Position numbers and translations under genes: made by a program
In this document: in pieces, positions 48,871 to 61,085 of the stretch
How positions within the stretch are numbered: the first letter of the stretch is position 1
Layout of the letters: each line of letters begins with the position of its first letter
The notes under the pieces: model-generated
Told to the model about the DNA's origin: nothing
Seen by the model: the letters and a program-made list of their open reading frames with translations, nothing else
The model's database searches: none
From: Vicugna vicugna
Lineage: Eukaryota
Direction of reading: 5' to 3'
Assembly (NCBI GenBank): GCA_013265495.1
Contig: MU059884.1
Span: forward strand, 1,434,072-1,498,071
Length of the DNA stretch: 64,000 bases

Positions 48871-48920
48871 GACCCACACACATATAGAATTCTGATTAAA
48901 AACTTAAATTTAAACAAACC

Positions 48921-49328
48921 TGAGACAGGCTGAGACCTGGGACCCTTTACTGGAGCGCTCGCACCTACCCAAATGTCTCCTCCAATGACAAAACAGTACG
49001 GACTAAAAATAAGTGTACGCGTGCGCAGTTGCGGCAAATTGGGAACAATAAGATACAAAAAAGCCAAACGCCACTGCCACTTCTGAGGTACTGGGAGCAA
49101 AAGCAAGGTACTGCACATGATCCCTGCACAGGGCACCACCAAGGGGATGGGCAGACCACCTAAGCCACCCCTCCTGGCCAGCCCACTAATCTGCCCCGAC
49201 CCTCACCCCCATTTAAGAGACCAGCTTGCCCGTCCCCCCAACTCGGGGAGCAGGAAAGGGCACCTGTTACTCATTCTCCCTCCATTGTGTTTGGCGCTCC
49301 AAGCGTCCAAAGACCTGAGTCTGTAACA
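48921..49328 (+). mobile_element. Solo ERV1-type LTR (artiodactyl ALTR2-like), 408 bp, 4-bp TSD
   Basis: Starts TG, ends CA, flanked by AACC at 48917-48920 and 49329-49332; internal caccaccaaggggatgggcagaccacctaagccacccctcc recalled from artiodactyl ERV1 LTRs. Confidence 0.88.
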
Positions 49329-50208
49329 AACCTAGTGTTAAAATTTGACTGTGCCTCAATCTACTCCATGATGGGAGGTGAGATTTCTGGAAGCGCTCTG
49401 AGTTTTAGGGGGAGTCTCAGCTTCCTGCTGTTACCTATCTGGGAGGATTTAAAGAACTAGAGCTGATTTAAAGAACTAGATAAGGGCACGCATGTAGCAG
49501 CCTGGCTGACACGCGACGGGTTCTAAAGGAGCAGACATCTGACAGGTCAGAGAAGCCATCAACTGCCTGGGATTAGAAGTGTCCGAGCTCCTTTGGGGAC
49601 AGTAGCAGCAAATGCAGCCTTTAAAGGGAGAATCGAAACAACCTCACTACCATTTGCATTGGGGTTTAATTCGTGAGGCTTTCTGTCGTCCACGCAGCCT
49701 GAGCCAGTCCCTTCTGCCTGACTCTGCTCTCTGCCTTTCTCCTTCTCCTTCTCCTTATCTTCCTCTGCTTCTCCCTACACATTTCATCTCTTCTCTGTGC
49801 TGACGCTTTGAGGATCAATATGAGGGATGGGAAGAGTGATGGCTTTTGAGTTCAGACTGGGGTTCACATCCCAGCTCTACCCCACACTGGCTGTGGGGTC
49901 TTGGGCAAGTCTTCCATAACCCTGTGTCCTCTTTTTTTTTTCTTTTTTCTTTTCTCTCTTTTTGTTAAATTGGAGTACAGTCAGTTTCCTCATCTTTGAC
50001 CTCCTGGGGGACCAGAACCAAACCTCTTGTTCACTGTGAATCCTTAGCATACAATTTGTTGCTTCACACATAGTAGGTGTTCAATAATAATAGCATTAAA
50101 AATCTGTTTTAAGAACTTTTACATGTATTAACTCATTTAATCCACAGAACAACCCCATGATGTAGGTGCTATTGTTACCCCCATTTTACTGATGAAACTG
50201 AGGCTTTT

Positions 50209-50236
50209 TGAATGAATGAATGAATGAATGAATGAA
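50209..50236. repeat. (TGAA)7 microsatellite
   Basis: Read directly; L2-tail-like unit next to a MIR. Confidence 0.92.
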
Positions 50237-50739
50237 TGGGGTACCATGGCAATGGCAGGAATTATTTGTGTCAAAATTCTTGACCAAGTACCTGATACCT
50301 CACCCTTTCCATATCATGTCTGCCACACTTTCAGTTTCTCCTGGCATTGAGACAGGCTGTTGAGCACCCAGTCTCAGCCCTGGACCATCCACTGCCCAGC
50401 CTCCCAGACAGGATGGTGCCCACCTCTGTCAGGGGGTGGAGGGGGCTCCTCTGAAACAGTAAAGGGGATCTGGCCTCAGGATAGAAAATCCTCAAAACAT
50501 CACAAAAAACACAAGAACAACAGTACAACTAACTCTTCCACCTCCCCGTCCTCTGGAGGAAACTGCTATGATGATCCAAGGTGAGCCAGACACTTGGGCA
50601 ACGTCTCTGCAGCCCGAGGCCCTCAGCACAAGGTAGCCAGAGGCAGCGCACAGACCAGAGCCAGTGTTGGGCAGCTGGCCATAAGAGCAGAGATCAAATC
50701 AGCTTCAGACGGTGCCTGGCAACAGTAGGCATTTAATAA

Positions 50740-50950
50740 CTGTTGAATTTATTAATAATTTTTATGCACTGCATAGTCTATATACATTAACCCCAAAGTC
50801 CAGAACAGCCCTGTGAGTGAAGCATATTATCACTATTTTACAGATGAGGAAACTGAGGCTTAAATGTCTACGGACCTTGCCCAAGTAGAAAGCAGAAGAA
50901 CCAGGATTTGAACCCAGGCCTCTCAGGCTCCAAAATCTATACTCTTAATA
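50740..50950 (-). mobile_element. MIR SINE
   Basis: ttttacagatgaggaaactgaggc...ggatttgaacccaggcc. Confidence 0.85.
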
Positions 50951-51284
50951 CCATGTTGTCTGAAACCAAATATCTAAAGGCACTTTTTCTTTCCTTCTCC
51001 TCTAGTTCCCTTCTTTCAAGGCACTCCCAAGCCAAGCCATGACTGGGTCTCCTGCCCTGTCATTCCCTCTTCTGCCAGTATGTCCACTGGTCGGATCCAG
51101 TCCCCTCTGGTTTTTGCTGCAGGATGGAAGGTGACCAGGGCCCTAGCAGAACACCCCAGGGCTAGAAGCCCTTTCAACCCATTAGACAGAGGATGAGGAT
51201 GTTAACAATAACCAGAGCGTCCCTCGGGGGACTTCTAAAGCTCTCCTGGGGGCTGTCATCTCACTTGCCTCTCCCCTGATGCAG

Positions 51285-51518
51285 CCTGCGACTCCTACTG
51301 GACATCTGTCCACCCTGAGTACTGGACGAAGCGCCACGTCTGGGAGTGGCTCCAGTTCTGCTGCGACCAGTACAAGCTGGATGCCAGCTGCATCTCCTTC
51401 TGCCACTTCAACATCAGCGGCCTGCAGCTGTGCAGTATGACGCAGGAGGAGTTCATCGAGGCGGCCGGCATCTGTGGGGAGTACCTGTACTTCATCCTCC
51501 AGAACATTCGCTCTCAAG
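51285..51518 (+). CDS. ELF5: ELF5 coding exon, PNT/SAM domain
   Basis: gcag|CC TGC GAC...; encodes [78 protein letters not shown]; donor AAG|gtcagt; 234 nt. Confidence 0.98.
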
Positions 51519-51950
51519 GTCAGTGTCAGAGGGCAGGGCCTCAAGGGGAGGGACCCAGGATTGGGACCCAGCGACCTTGCGAAGTCCTTCCCCACCATGT
51601 GACTCACATGGCGAAATTTTATTAACTGTAACTCTCTGTGAACCCATATCCCCTGCTAACCAAACCTCTCCGTACCAGAAACTTTAGAATCACAGACTGG
51701 AGGTAAAATGGGGCGAGTTACAAGGAACCAAGTTGAGTATATTTTTAGAAAGAAAAGAAAACTAAAACATGTTCAAGGACCACCCAGGAGCAAGACTGCT
51801 ACAACAAAATATTATGCTTACAACAATGGTAACCATAAAGGGTGGCCAAAAAGAGACTTCTGCTTGACCTTTCATTAAGCAGAAGAAAATTAACCTGATA
51901 GACCCTGTCCCTTCCCTGTTTCCAGAGCTGTCCAACTAATTGCCATTTCC

Positions 51951-52047
51951 TTTTTTTTCATCGAAGTATAGTCGTTTTATAATGCTGTGTTAGTCTCTGG
52001 TGTACCAAACAGAAACAGACTCCCAGACACAAAAAACAAACTTACGG
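51951..52047 (-). mobile_element. Miniature 5'-inverted L1 insertion with a 14-bp TSD
   Basis: poly-T plus reversed L1 3' tip (gaagtatagtc...ctggtgta) joined to forward L1 3' UTR (aaacagaaacagactcccagacac...aacttacgg); TSD ttgcCatttccttt / ttgcTatttccttt. Confidence 0.85.
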
Positions 52048-52249
52048 TTGCTATTTCCTTTCATCACATTGCTAATGGTCAAGGATCAAATGGCCACGAG
52101 ATGGCGCCAGTAGCATTCAACACACCCTGCAAGAGTAGAATGTTGATGGACAGGTTTTTAAAATTCAGATAAAGGACCTGAGGTCCCAAGTGGTTAAGTG
52201 ACTTCTCTAAGGTCACATGGCAAACAGGGCTGATTCATTGAAAGTTGGT

Positions 52250-52470
52250 ACACAGCAGGGCCTGTGAGATCAGAAAGACCTTCGTTCCAACCCTGGCTCT
52301 AACACTCTTGAGCCATAGGACCTCTGGCAAGTGGCTTAACCTCTCTGAACCTCCATTGTCTCCACTCTGTGATGGAGTGATGACACACTTCCATGGGCTC
52401 CTTGACAGGATTCAGTGAAACGTTACCTGACACAGCAGATAAGGACACAAATGCAGTGAATGGCAACTGT
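52250..52470 (+). mobile_element. MIR SINE
   Basis: ggcaagtggcttaacctctctgaacctccattgtctcc. Confidence 0.75.
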
Positions 52471-54639
52471 TTTTGTCATCATGAATACAACCAAGAGGCA
52501 GAATTTTTTTTAATAAATAAATAATGGAACACATTTTAGCTCAATTTTAAGAAAGGCCCTTCTAAAAGTTAGCATTTTTTAAAATGGCTGCTTCAGAAGA
52601 TACCTCTGGGAGGAAGCTCCCCGTTGCTGGAGATAATCAAGCCATCTAACAGCCCCCTGCTTGATGGGGATACTGTGGCAGGGATTCCTATTTGGGCAGA
52701 AACCCACAGAGGACCTTCAGCTCTAGGAGTCTTTGTCCTCCCCTTGATCTCCCCATCAAGGCAGGAAAGCTAAGGATGGGGACCCCTGGGCACTGCTTAG
52801 CTTCTGCCCTGGGAGCCATGGCTCACTGGGGGTGAGAAAAGGACAAACAGACCTGCTGTTCATTGTTGTCCAGTCTCCGCTTCATTATCACCAATGACAG
52901 TGACCTGCAAGGAGTTGGGAGCAGCAGCCTGCACTGAGAGTGGACTTTCCGTGAAAGGAGGCAAGTCTGAGCAAATCACAGTGGCTCAGGGAGGAGACTG
53001 GGGGCTCCATGCGGAACCCTCCCAAGGAAAGAGCCCTGCACAAGAATCCCAGGGCCATGAAAACGGAGCATTCCGTCCTGGGAGAGGACACAGCTTGGCA
53101 CCACCAGCCACGGCCAAGCATCAAGTCAATCACGTTTATCTCCAGGCCCCAGCATCTCCTGTGCTGGGATCTCCCACCTCGGGCACCTCCCTCCCTGGCA
53201 GTTGTTACATCAAAAATACCTGTCCCTGGTCTCATTGCCTCAGGGTCTGTGCAGAACAAATAAGCTAAAAACCCAACGTTTTTTTTTAACAGGCCATAAG
53301 TTGCCTCTGCTCATTCTAAGGAATCCCTGGCGTCACAAGGGTGGAGTGTCAGGCACTCTGCGGGCCAGGGCATTAGCATATTGAGCAGGAAGACTGTCTA
53401 CCCCATCAACCGCCTTCGTCCTCAGATTCTCCATCATGTTCCTCAAGCGGCTATGTGTATTGTGTTTTGAAATACATGTGTTGTGACCAGTTTCCAGGGT
53501 CCCCATTTGCCCACCTGTTATCTGGTCTTTCATTTTCAAAAATGTCCCTGTTTGGATAAGAAATTATATGTTAAACTGGTTATTACCTAGCTGAGGCCTT
53601 ATATTATCCCATAGGTTGGGGCTCTGGCAGAAAAGGACACATAACAAGGGCAAGGAGTGAAAGGGGGACTCTAGGGCCCAGTGTGCTCCTGGCTCAGCAG
53701 ACATTTCAGTAGGATTTAAGGGTGCAGAAATATGGGGACCCTGGTCACTGGAAGACAAGGTCAGCCGGAAGGGTGAGGGCAGAGGTGGCTCCCCCAGCGC
53801 GGGAGAGAAAAGGTTCCTGGTTAGCCCCTGTCCTGTTCCGGGGGAAGAGTGAACTGAGGGGCGTGGCTGAGCAGAACCAATCAGAAAATGGCCCTAGGAA
53901 CCAACAGTCACAAATATGCCCTGTCCCCGTCTTCTCAGTGAATGTAAACTGGCCCTCACGTTGGACACCAAATTAGAAGAGATGTCCTTTGCCCTGTGCT
54001 GCTACATGAAAATATCAGCTGGAACTCCTGACCTCCCCCCAAACCCACCCTACTCTTCAGAGGAGACAACCAAGTCCCCCCATCCCAAGACAGGCTCCCG
54101 AATCCTCTTTAAATCCTCGTATCGGGGTACTGCACTTCTCGTGGAACCCTGTGTCCATTTTCCTCTTTGACCAGCACATAACAGGCATTCGAATCCGGAT
54201 TAGAGGCCATGTCCCAGAACATAGACTCTGAGAGCCAAAGGGGAGGACAGTGGTGGTTTTGTCACATGCTGCCAGTGAGGAACACAAGCCCAGAGACTGG
54301 GTGACTGGGCAAATCTGCAGAGGGGGCAGGGGCTCAGCCCAGCTCAGAGCCCAGGCCTCCTGATCCCAAGCCAGGATTCCCAGTGCCCACTCAGAAAACC
54401 CTAGAAGCTGCTGGGATGCCTAGCCCAGGCTGTCTCCAGGTCGCCCCTGAGAAAACAAGGAGACTGTACCTCTCAAGGGTGGCCCTATAAAGGCCAGATG
54501 GTCTCCAAAGATTCCCTTTGAAGTGAAACTGCCCTGCAGAGGGACAGTGGCTCCCCTTCTCCCAGCACCTCCCCTGCTGGCCTGGCCAGGGAAACCAGGA
54601 TTATACCGCGTGACTTGTGGATTCCTTTCTCTTTTCCAG

Positions 54640-54690
54640 GTTACTCCTTTTTCAATGACGCTGAAGAGACCAAGGCCGCCATCAGAGACT
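54640..54690 (+). CDS. ELF5: ELF5 coding exon, linker
   Basis: cttttccag|GT TAC...; encodes GYSFFNDAEETKAAIRD; donor ACT|gtaagt; 51 nt. Confidence 0.96.
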
Positions 54691-56034
54691 GTAAGTAACC
54701 AAGTTCAAGCTGCCCGAGGCTGCATCAAGGCTGTTGTTGGGCACGCGGGCTTGATGGTTGTCTAGGACCATGCTGAAAGGGTGATGACCTAAAACAATGA
54801 CAGGCTAAGAGAAGACAGCGGGAGAAATGTGGTGGACAGTGTACAGGGCTGGGGTCTCTGCTTCCTTATCCTTCCCCAGACTCAGCTTCCTTGTCTCTAA
54901 AACCCATCGCTGGGTTGTGGTGAGCTCAGGTCACAGTGCACGTGAAGTGCCTGGCTTATGCCAGCAGCACAGGTGCTCCAAAAACTGGTACCTGTTAGAA
55001 ATAATAATCATAATTAGCAACCATTAGAGCCTTATGGCTGATAATGCCTATGAAGATGAGCTCACTAAGCAGATCACCTTAGTAATTACAAGGTGATGGA
55101 GGATCTCAGATGGCCTTGTTGATTCTGAAAATTAACCCTCATGATTTCACTTCTGCAGATGGAGAAAGTTTAGGAAAGGGAGCTTTGGAGCTTTCATTTT
55201 TTAAAGATGATGATGATCATGATGATTGCTTAGTTTCTGAGCCACACAAAAGGCCCTGGTCCAGGGTGGGAGGAGCTGTGGTTCCTGGAGAGACCCCTTT
55301 CCTCCACGGACTGCAGCTCATACATCCACAAAGATACGGCAGGACACGGTGGTTCTCCAGCTGAGGGGCAGACACAGAGGAAGGATTTTTTATGATTTTT
55401 ATTTTTCTCTCCTTAAAGTCCCAAATAATCAACCAAGGATTCAGGCTATTGCTTTAATGATGAGTTTTTTACTGAGTTAACGCAGGAATAGCTGAGTCAG
55501 TGAACCACATGCAGTGGGCTTAAGGAGGCACACCCTGCCTCACAGAGCCCAGTGGCCCTGTTGAGAGCAGCTCTGTATTTCTCAAGGTTCCCTGCATTTG
55601 GGCCCAACGATCATGTAGTGTCTCCTTCTCGCAGAGAGCAAAGTGCCCACCTGGCTTCCTGGCTCTCATGGATTTTCATCCATCTGTAACAGGCTGGGGG
55701 TTGGGCAGTGAACCCCAGCTTTCACCCTCCAGCCCAATCCCGGCAGAGCCCCTGGAAGAAAGGAGCCCACCGAGGCCCGGGGCCACTACTGAGTCTGTGT
55801 CTGAAGGCCCGGGCCTGGGGCAGGCGCTTGCCACACTCCGGAAGCTTCGGCCGACCAGCCCGCTCTCAGGGCTCAGGAGCTCGACCCACCTATGTCTTTT
55901 TGCCGGCCTGCCATCCTCACAGCCGAGGAAGATGATGAACTAGACAGAGCTAGTGTGTCCCGCACCAGGAGAAGGTTCTACCTGAATCCATAACCAGTCC
56001 CAGTTAGAGTCAGTGCTGCTGTAATAATAGCAAC

Positions 56035-56255
56035 AATGATAATAATAGCCGCTAGTATTTGCTGAGTGCTTACTGCGAACTAGGCCCCAAGCTAGACACC
56101 TTCTAGACATCGTTTCAAGGAATCTCTCCAGTAACTGTAAGACAAGTACTAGAACCATAGCCTTTTCCGCAGGCGCCAAAGCTTAGAGGCTAAGGTTAAA
56201 AGGTTAGCAGGTGACAGATGACCTGGATGTGCCTAAATCTGAAGCCCATAACCCT
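56035..56255 (-). mobile_element. MIR SINE
   Basis: tatttgctgagtgcttactgcg...gcttagaggctaagg. Confidence 0.6.
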
Positions 56256-56289
56256 TCTTCCCCTCATCTACTTCTTTCTTTTCCTTTCC

Positions 56290-56680
56290 ATTCATTCATT
56301 CCTTTGACCAGCTTTTATTCAACGCCTACTATGTGCCGGGCCGAGAGCTAGGTTCTGTGGCTCCAGTGATGAGCATAACCAAGGTCTTGCCCTCATGGGG
56401 CAAGGGAGGCAGAGAGACATTAAACAAATTACCCCAGTAATGAATATGTAATTGCTGATTATGATGATATTACAGAGGAAAATGGCAGGATGCCTTGTGT
56501 GTGATGGAAGAAAGATCACATTTAGATTAGGGACTAGGGAAGCCCTAGAGGAAGAGATATTTCAGTTAGGCCAAAAGGATGAGCAGAAACTAGCCAGGAA
56601 AAGAGGAAAGAAACAATTAAGGAGAATGAATGATTTGTGCAAAGGCCCTGTGCCAGGAACAGCTTCAAGCAGTGTTCCCA
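56290..56680 (-). mobile_element. L2 3' fragment
   Basis: cattcattcattcc...ttattcaacgcctactatgtgccggg...tgtgcaaaggccctgtgccagga. Confidence 0.85.
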
Positions 56681-56699
56681 TCCATCTTTAGTGAAGTTT

Positions 56700-56895
56700 A
56701 ATAGCTCTTGTTACCATTTGTGAAGCACTTACTATGTGCCCAGCGCAGTGCCAGGCTGAGTATTCTACGTACATTAACTCATTTAATCCTCATCAAAACT
56801 TCACTAGGTAGTAATGTTATCCCTATTCACCTCTGAGGAAACTGGAGGTGCTGAAACTTGTAAATTACAAGTAAATGTAGCACAGAGATTCCCAC
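56700..56895 (-). mobile_element. MIR SINE
   Basis: gcacttactatgtgcccagc...taactcatttaatcctcatc...ctgaggaaactggagg. Confidence 0.85.
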
Positions 56896-58559
56896 TCGTT
56901 TTCTCCAAGTCCATGTTCTTATACACTGTGCTTTTCACCACATGCCCACAGGTGCACGCAGTCTTGCACACGCACATGCACACACATTGACAAACCCTTC
57001 TGTTCACTCTGCTGTCCGCTCAGTTGAAACCCAAGATTTAAGACTCCTCTGGGTCTGAGCCCAGCTCCATGAGGACTCAGAGAACAGGATGATTTTCAAC
57101 TTCATACCTGCTGAAGAGGCTCAGGCCCAACAAGTTAGGAAACCGTCAGAACTGGCCCAAGTGACGCACCCAGCCCTGCTGCACTTGGTCTCCCTTCTCC
57201 ACCCATCGTCTCCACCTCTGCGGCAGAAACACCCGTGAACGAGCCGCCTCCTGCTCCTGGCCTGGGGTGCAGGCCTTCTGGCTGGACCAGTAGTGTTATG
57301 GAGACTTGCTCCATGGTGAGCTTGTGTTAGAAACTCCAGCCTCCATCCCGCCTTCTGGAGGACAGCTGACCACGTTCCCTATAAACGACTGAGAATGTAT
57401 CCTTTGGCCACATTTTAACGGTCTCTAGTTTCAGGGCAACCAAACTCCTGCAAATCCCATCAACAGCAGAGAGCTTGGGCCATGTCCAAACTGCAGGGAC
57501 ACACTCAAGGTGAAGACAGCTGTGAGACACGGAGAGCTGCCCCCTAGAACAGTATGGGCCTCTGCAGAGAAGTTTAGGGGGTTCGCAGTGCTGCTGCTGC
57601 TACCTCTGGCTGACCTTGGGCAGGTTTGGATTCGGGAACCTGCCTCAAGGTGGGCACACACTGATGATGCCTTCAGCCCCTCTGCCCCCACTGTCACCCC
57701 CGCTGCCACTCTCACTGCCACCATCTGCCAAGCAAGGCCTCCAATCTAGCCAAGTCACCACTACCTTCAAAGCCACCACTGAGCACTGGGAACAGATGGA
57801 ACAGGATTATTTATCTCAGGCAAGACCCACGAGGAGAAATGCCCACCTTCCCCATAACCCTCCCTCATGCTGACCTATCCTGTGTTCATCCTGTCAAGCC
57901 AAGTATCTTCCATCCAAAGCACAGGAGGGGAAATCATAAAAATCAAAAGGGTGACTTTTGTCCTCCCACTTCTCGCCATTTTGGCATTTCAGGGAAAGCT
58001 CGTTGTCTAGTCACTGGTTAATAACTCACCTTTATCTTTACCATGCCATGTGTTTTCTCTCTTCTTACAAGATTAAATTAAAACAATAGAGAAGCCTGCC
58101 CTGCAGGTGACACTGCATAGTGTGGCATCAGATCAGATGGGAGGGCCGGACCCTTTCTCAGTCTTGATCAACCGGCCGTCAGCCCTGCTCACCTGCTGTC
58201 ACCCCACTCCACCTGGCGGCAGCCCCAGTGTCAGCTGATCTCACCTGGGTATTCATTCGTGCTTTGGCCTGTGCACATGAGCCTGTTTTTCCACATCGAC
58301 ACGGTTCCCGACTGCAACAGGGCCGAGAAGAGGCCTGAGGGACGCCGCAAGCTGAAGTCACACATTCCTGTCATTGTTCGTTCCCGTGAACGATGCACTG
58401 TCATTCTCAGAGCTGAGGGCTCTGGCATTGAAATGTTTGGCCCGGATCTCGGCTCCGCCACTGGGCAGACACATGACCTGGATCGTGCTCCCAAAACATA
58501 GGCAGGGCTCGCTCCTTCCTGCTCAGGTGTCTCCTTGTCCGAGAGCTTTCTCTGTTGGC

Positions 58560-58800
58560 TTTTATTATGATTGCAGCTTCACTCGTCCCCTCGCCCCTCA
58601 CCTCTGTCCTCTCACCTGCTGTAATCTTCTCCACAGATTCATCACCACCTGAAGTAGCCCTTGCATGTCCATCGGATTTTCCTACCCACTTGGGTGTGAG
58701 CCCCTTGAGAGAAGAGACAGATTTATCCCGTGCTGTACCCCCAGGGCCTACTACAGAGGGCACACTGCGGCTCAAAACTCGTGAGCCAGTGAGTCAGTGG
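58560..58800 (+). mobile_element. L2 3' end
   Basis: gtgtgagccccttgagagaagagac...tgctgtacccccagggcct. Confidence 0.55.
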
Positions 58801-58984
58801 CCTACAGTGAGATACCTAGCCGCTCCATACCCCTGTTTTCTTATATGTAAAATGGAGACAGTAAGAAACATACATCATAAGAAGGGGTGAGACCGAGTGA
58901 GCTCTTGGCAGTAGCAAACACTCCACAAACTTGAATAATCATAAAGTGTCTATTGAGCACCTGCTATGAAAGACATTATGAAGT

Positions 58985-59205
58985 GGTAGTTGTGAACATC
59001 CACTTTGGAACAGAACTACTTTGGGTTCAAGTCCCGGCTCTACCACTCTGGATAAAATTCCTAAACTATCTGGACTTCAGTTTCCTCCTCAATAAATGGG
59101 AATAGTGATAATGCTGCACAGGGTCATGGCAGGGTTAAATGAGATACTGAATATGAAGTCTTTAACACACACTTGGCATGTAGGAAGTGCTCCATTAATA
59201 TCAGC
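58985..59205 (+). mobile_element. MIR SINE
   Basis: gggttcaagtcccggctctaccact...cagtttcctcctcaataaatgggaatag. Confidence 0.8.
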
Positions 59206-59209
59206 TGTA

Positions 59210-60160
59210 GTACAGGCAAACAAGAGATGAGATCAACCTTTACGGTGCAGTGGGACCAGTGCTGGGATACTGAGGAACACATGGGTGCTGTGGGACAGAG
59301 AAGGGGGGTCTAACCCAGAGGGAAGTTCAGAGAAGACTTCCTGAAGAGGTCTTGTGAGAATAGAGTCAGCTGGGTAGAAGTAGGGTACAGGAACCTGTGC
59401 AAAGGCCCTGAGGCAGGAGAAAGTCAAGCCCCATTGGAACTATCTGACCCAAGAAGAGGGAAGAAGCTGGGTAGTATCAAGAGATAAGCCTGGAGAATGG
59501 GCTGGAGGTCCATTTGTGAAAGGCCAGCCTAACAGGGCAGCCTCTGCCCTGGAGACCACGGGGAACCACTGCAGGATGTTACACCAGGGAGTGACACAAC
59601 CCACTGGCACTGAGACAGGTCGCCCTGGGCAGCAGCGTGGTGCACGGGGTACCATTCCTTCCCTGGACAACGTACTTGCTCTGTCTTTCAGTGGTTACAG
59701 CATAGTGTACCTGCCAGGCGGTGCAGCAGGAATGGCAAATACAGTGCAGTCCAGTATGACGGCTGCTCCCCAACGCCTCCTGAGCACCTACTATATGCCA
59801 AGCACTGTGCTAGGTGCTGAGGGGGTGGGGTATATGTGGAAACACAGATCCCTGCCCTCTAGTGGGGAAAGTCAGCCAGTGAACAAAATAAATACATTCC
59901 ACAATATGTCCCATGGGGATAAATATGACGGCAAAAAATAAAAGTAGGTCATGGAGTGTCACGTAGGGTGAGTATATGCAATTCCAGCTCAGTGAGGGAA
60001 GGCCCCCCTGAGAAGGTGACTTTGAGCAAAGATGCAGATGAGGGCCTGAGGCCATGGACTCAGCACAAAGGGAGCAAATGCCCCTGAGGCCGATGTGCTT
60101 TCCAGTTTCAGAAAGAGCCAGGAGGTCCGTGTGGCTGGAGCGGAGTGAGCAAGGGGACAT
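59210..60160 (-). mobile_element. L2 fragments
   Basis: cagagaagacttcctgaagagg; ctgagcacctactatatgccaagcactgtgctaggtgctg; gagaaggtgactttgagcaaaga. Confidence 0.8.
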
Positions 60161-60299
60161 GGCGGGGTGGGGGGCACCGGGGCGAGGGTGCCATCTGGTG
60201 TCACCTGTTATTTCTTAATCATATACCACCAGGTGTCTCAGACTGTTGCTTACAGCGTGAGTTCTACTTTAACTCAGTATTGAGTTAATGCCGTGCTAT

Positions 60300-60935
60300 T
60301 CATAAGCTCTACCCTCTTCACTTTTACTCGTGTCCCTGCCAGTCTGTTCTTCACACACTAGCCAGAAGGATCTTCTTAAAATGTGGGTCTTGTCCAACTC
60401 CAGAGTTTTGGCTTTACTCTGTGAATAACATCCCACATCCTTACCACGTGCCCACGTGACCTGCTGGCGGCCCACTACCCTGGCGGCATCATCCCCTACC
60501 AGCCTCCCCGGGCACACCATGCGCCGCCGCATCTGCGCTCACTCCATGCTTGGCTTTGCACGTGCCGCTCCTTCCTGCTGGAACGCTCTTCCACCTCCTC
60601 ACGTCAGCGTGTGTGTCTCCCCTCCAGGAGGCCCTCCCTGGCCACCCCATCTACAGCAGGTCTTCCTCCGCCTTCATCCTCTATCCTGTGCCTTTCTTCC
60701 TTCATCACACTTACAGCAATGGCGATTTGGGTTTCACTTGTGTTTTCGTGGCCCAGTAGTCCTCAAACTGCACGTGAGCTGGGACCAAGTCAGTCTTGTT
60801 CTCTTTCTATCTCCAGCTCAGAGCCCGGAACCAGGCACACAGCAGGTCCCCAGTGTTGGACACAAACACCCCTTAAACCCCCTGATTACCCCCAAAGCAC
60901 ACAGCATGCTGTCCTCCACCACACAGGTGCAGTGA
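60300..60935 (+). mobile_element. L2 fragment
   Basis: agccagaaggatcttcttaaaatgtggg...gctttgcacgtgccgctccttcctgctggaacgctcttcc...ggaggccctccctggccaccc. Confidence 0.88.
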
Positions 60936-61016
60936 ACAGCTGCTCACTTAGGTACGAGCTAAGGTCAGAACGTGGCCCTGCATCTCTCCCTACAAGGATA
61001 AATCGTTCTGTTGCAG

Positions 61017-61085
61017 ATGCTGATTCCAGCTGCTTGAAAACAAGTGGCATCAAAAGTCAAGACTGTCACAACCATAGTCGAACAA
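61017..61085 (+). CDS. ELF5: ELF5 coding exon, linker
   Basis: ttgcag|AT GCT...; encodes YADSSCLKTSGIKSQDCHNHSRT; donor CAA|gtaagt; 69 nt. Confidence 0.96.

Noticed and set aside
51182-51607. 141-aa antisense ORF over the PNT exon
   Set aside because: Mirror ORF expected from the high-GC3 codons of the real exon
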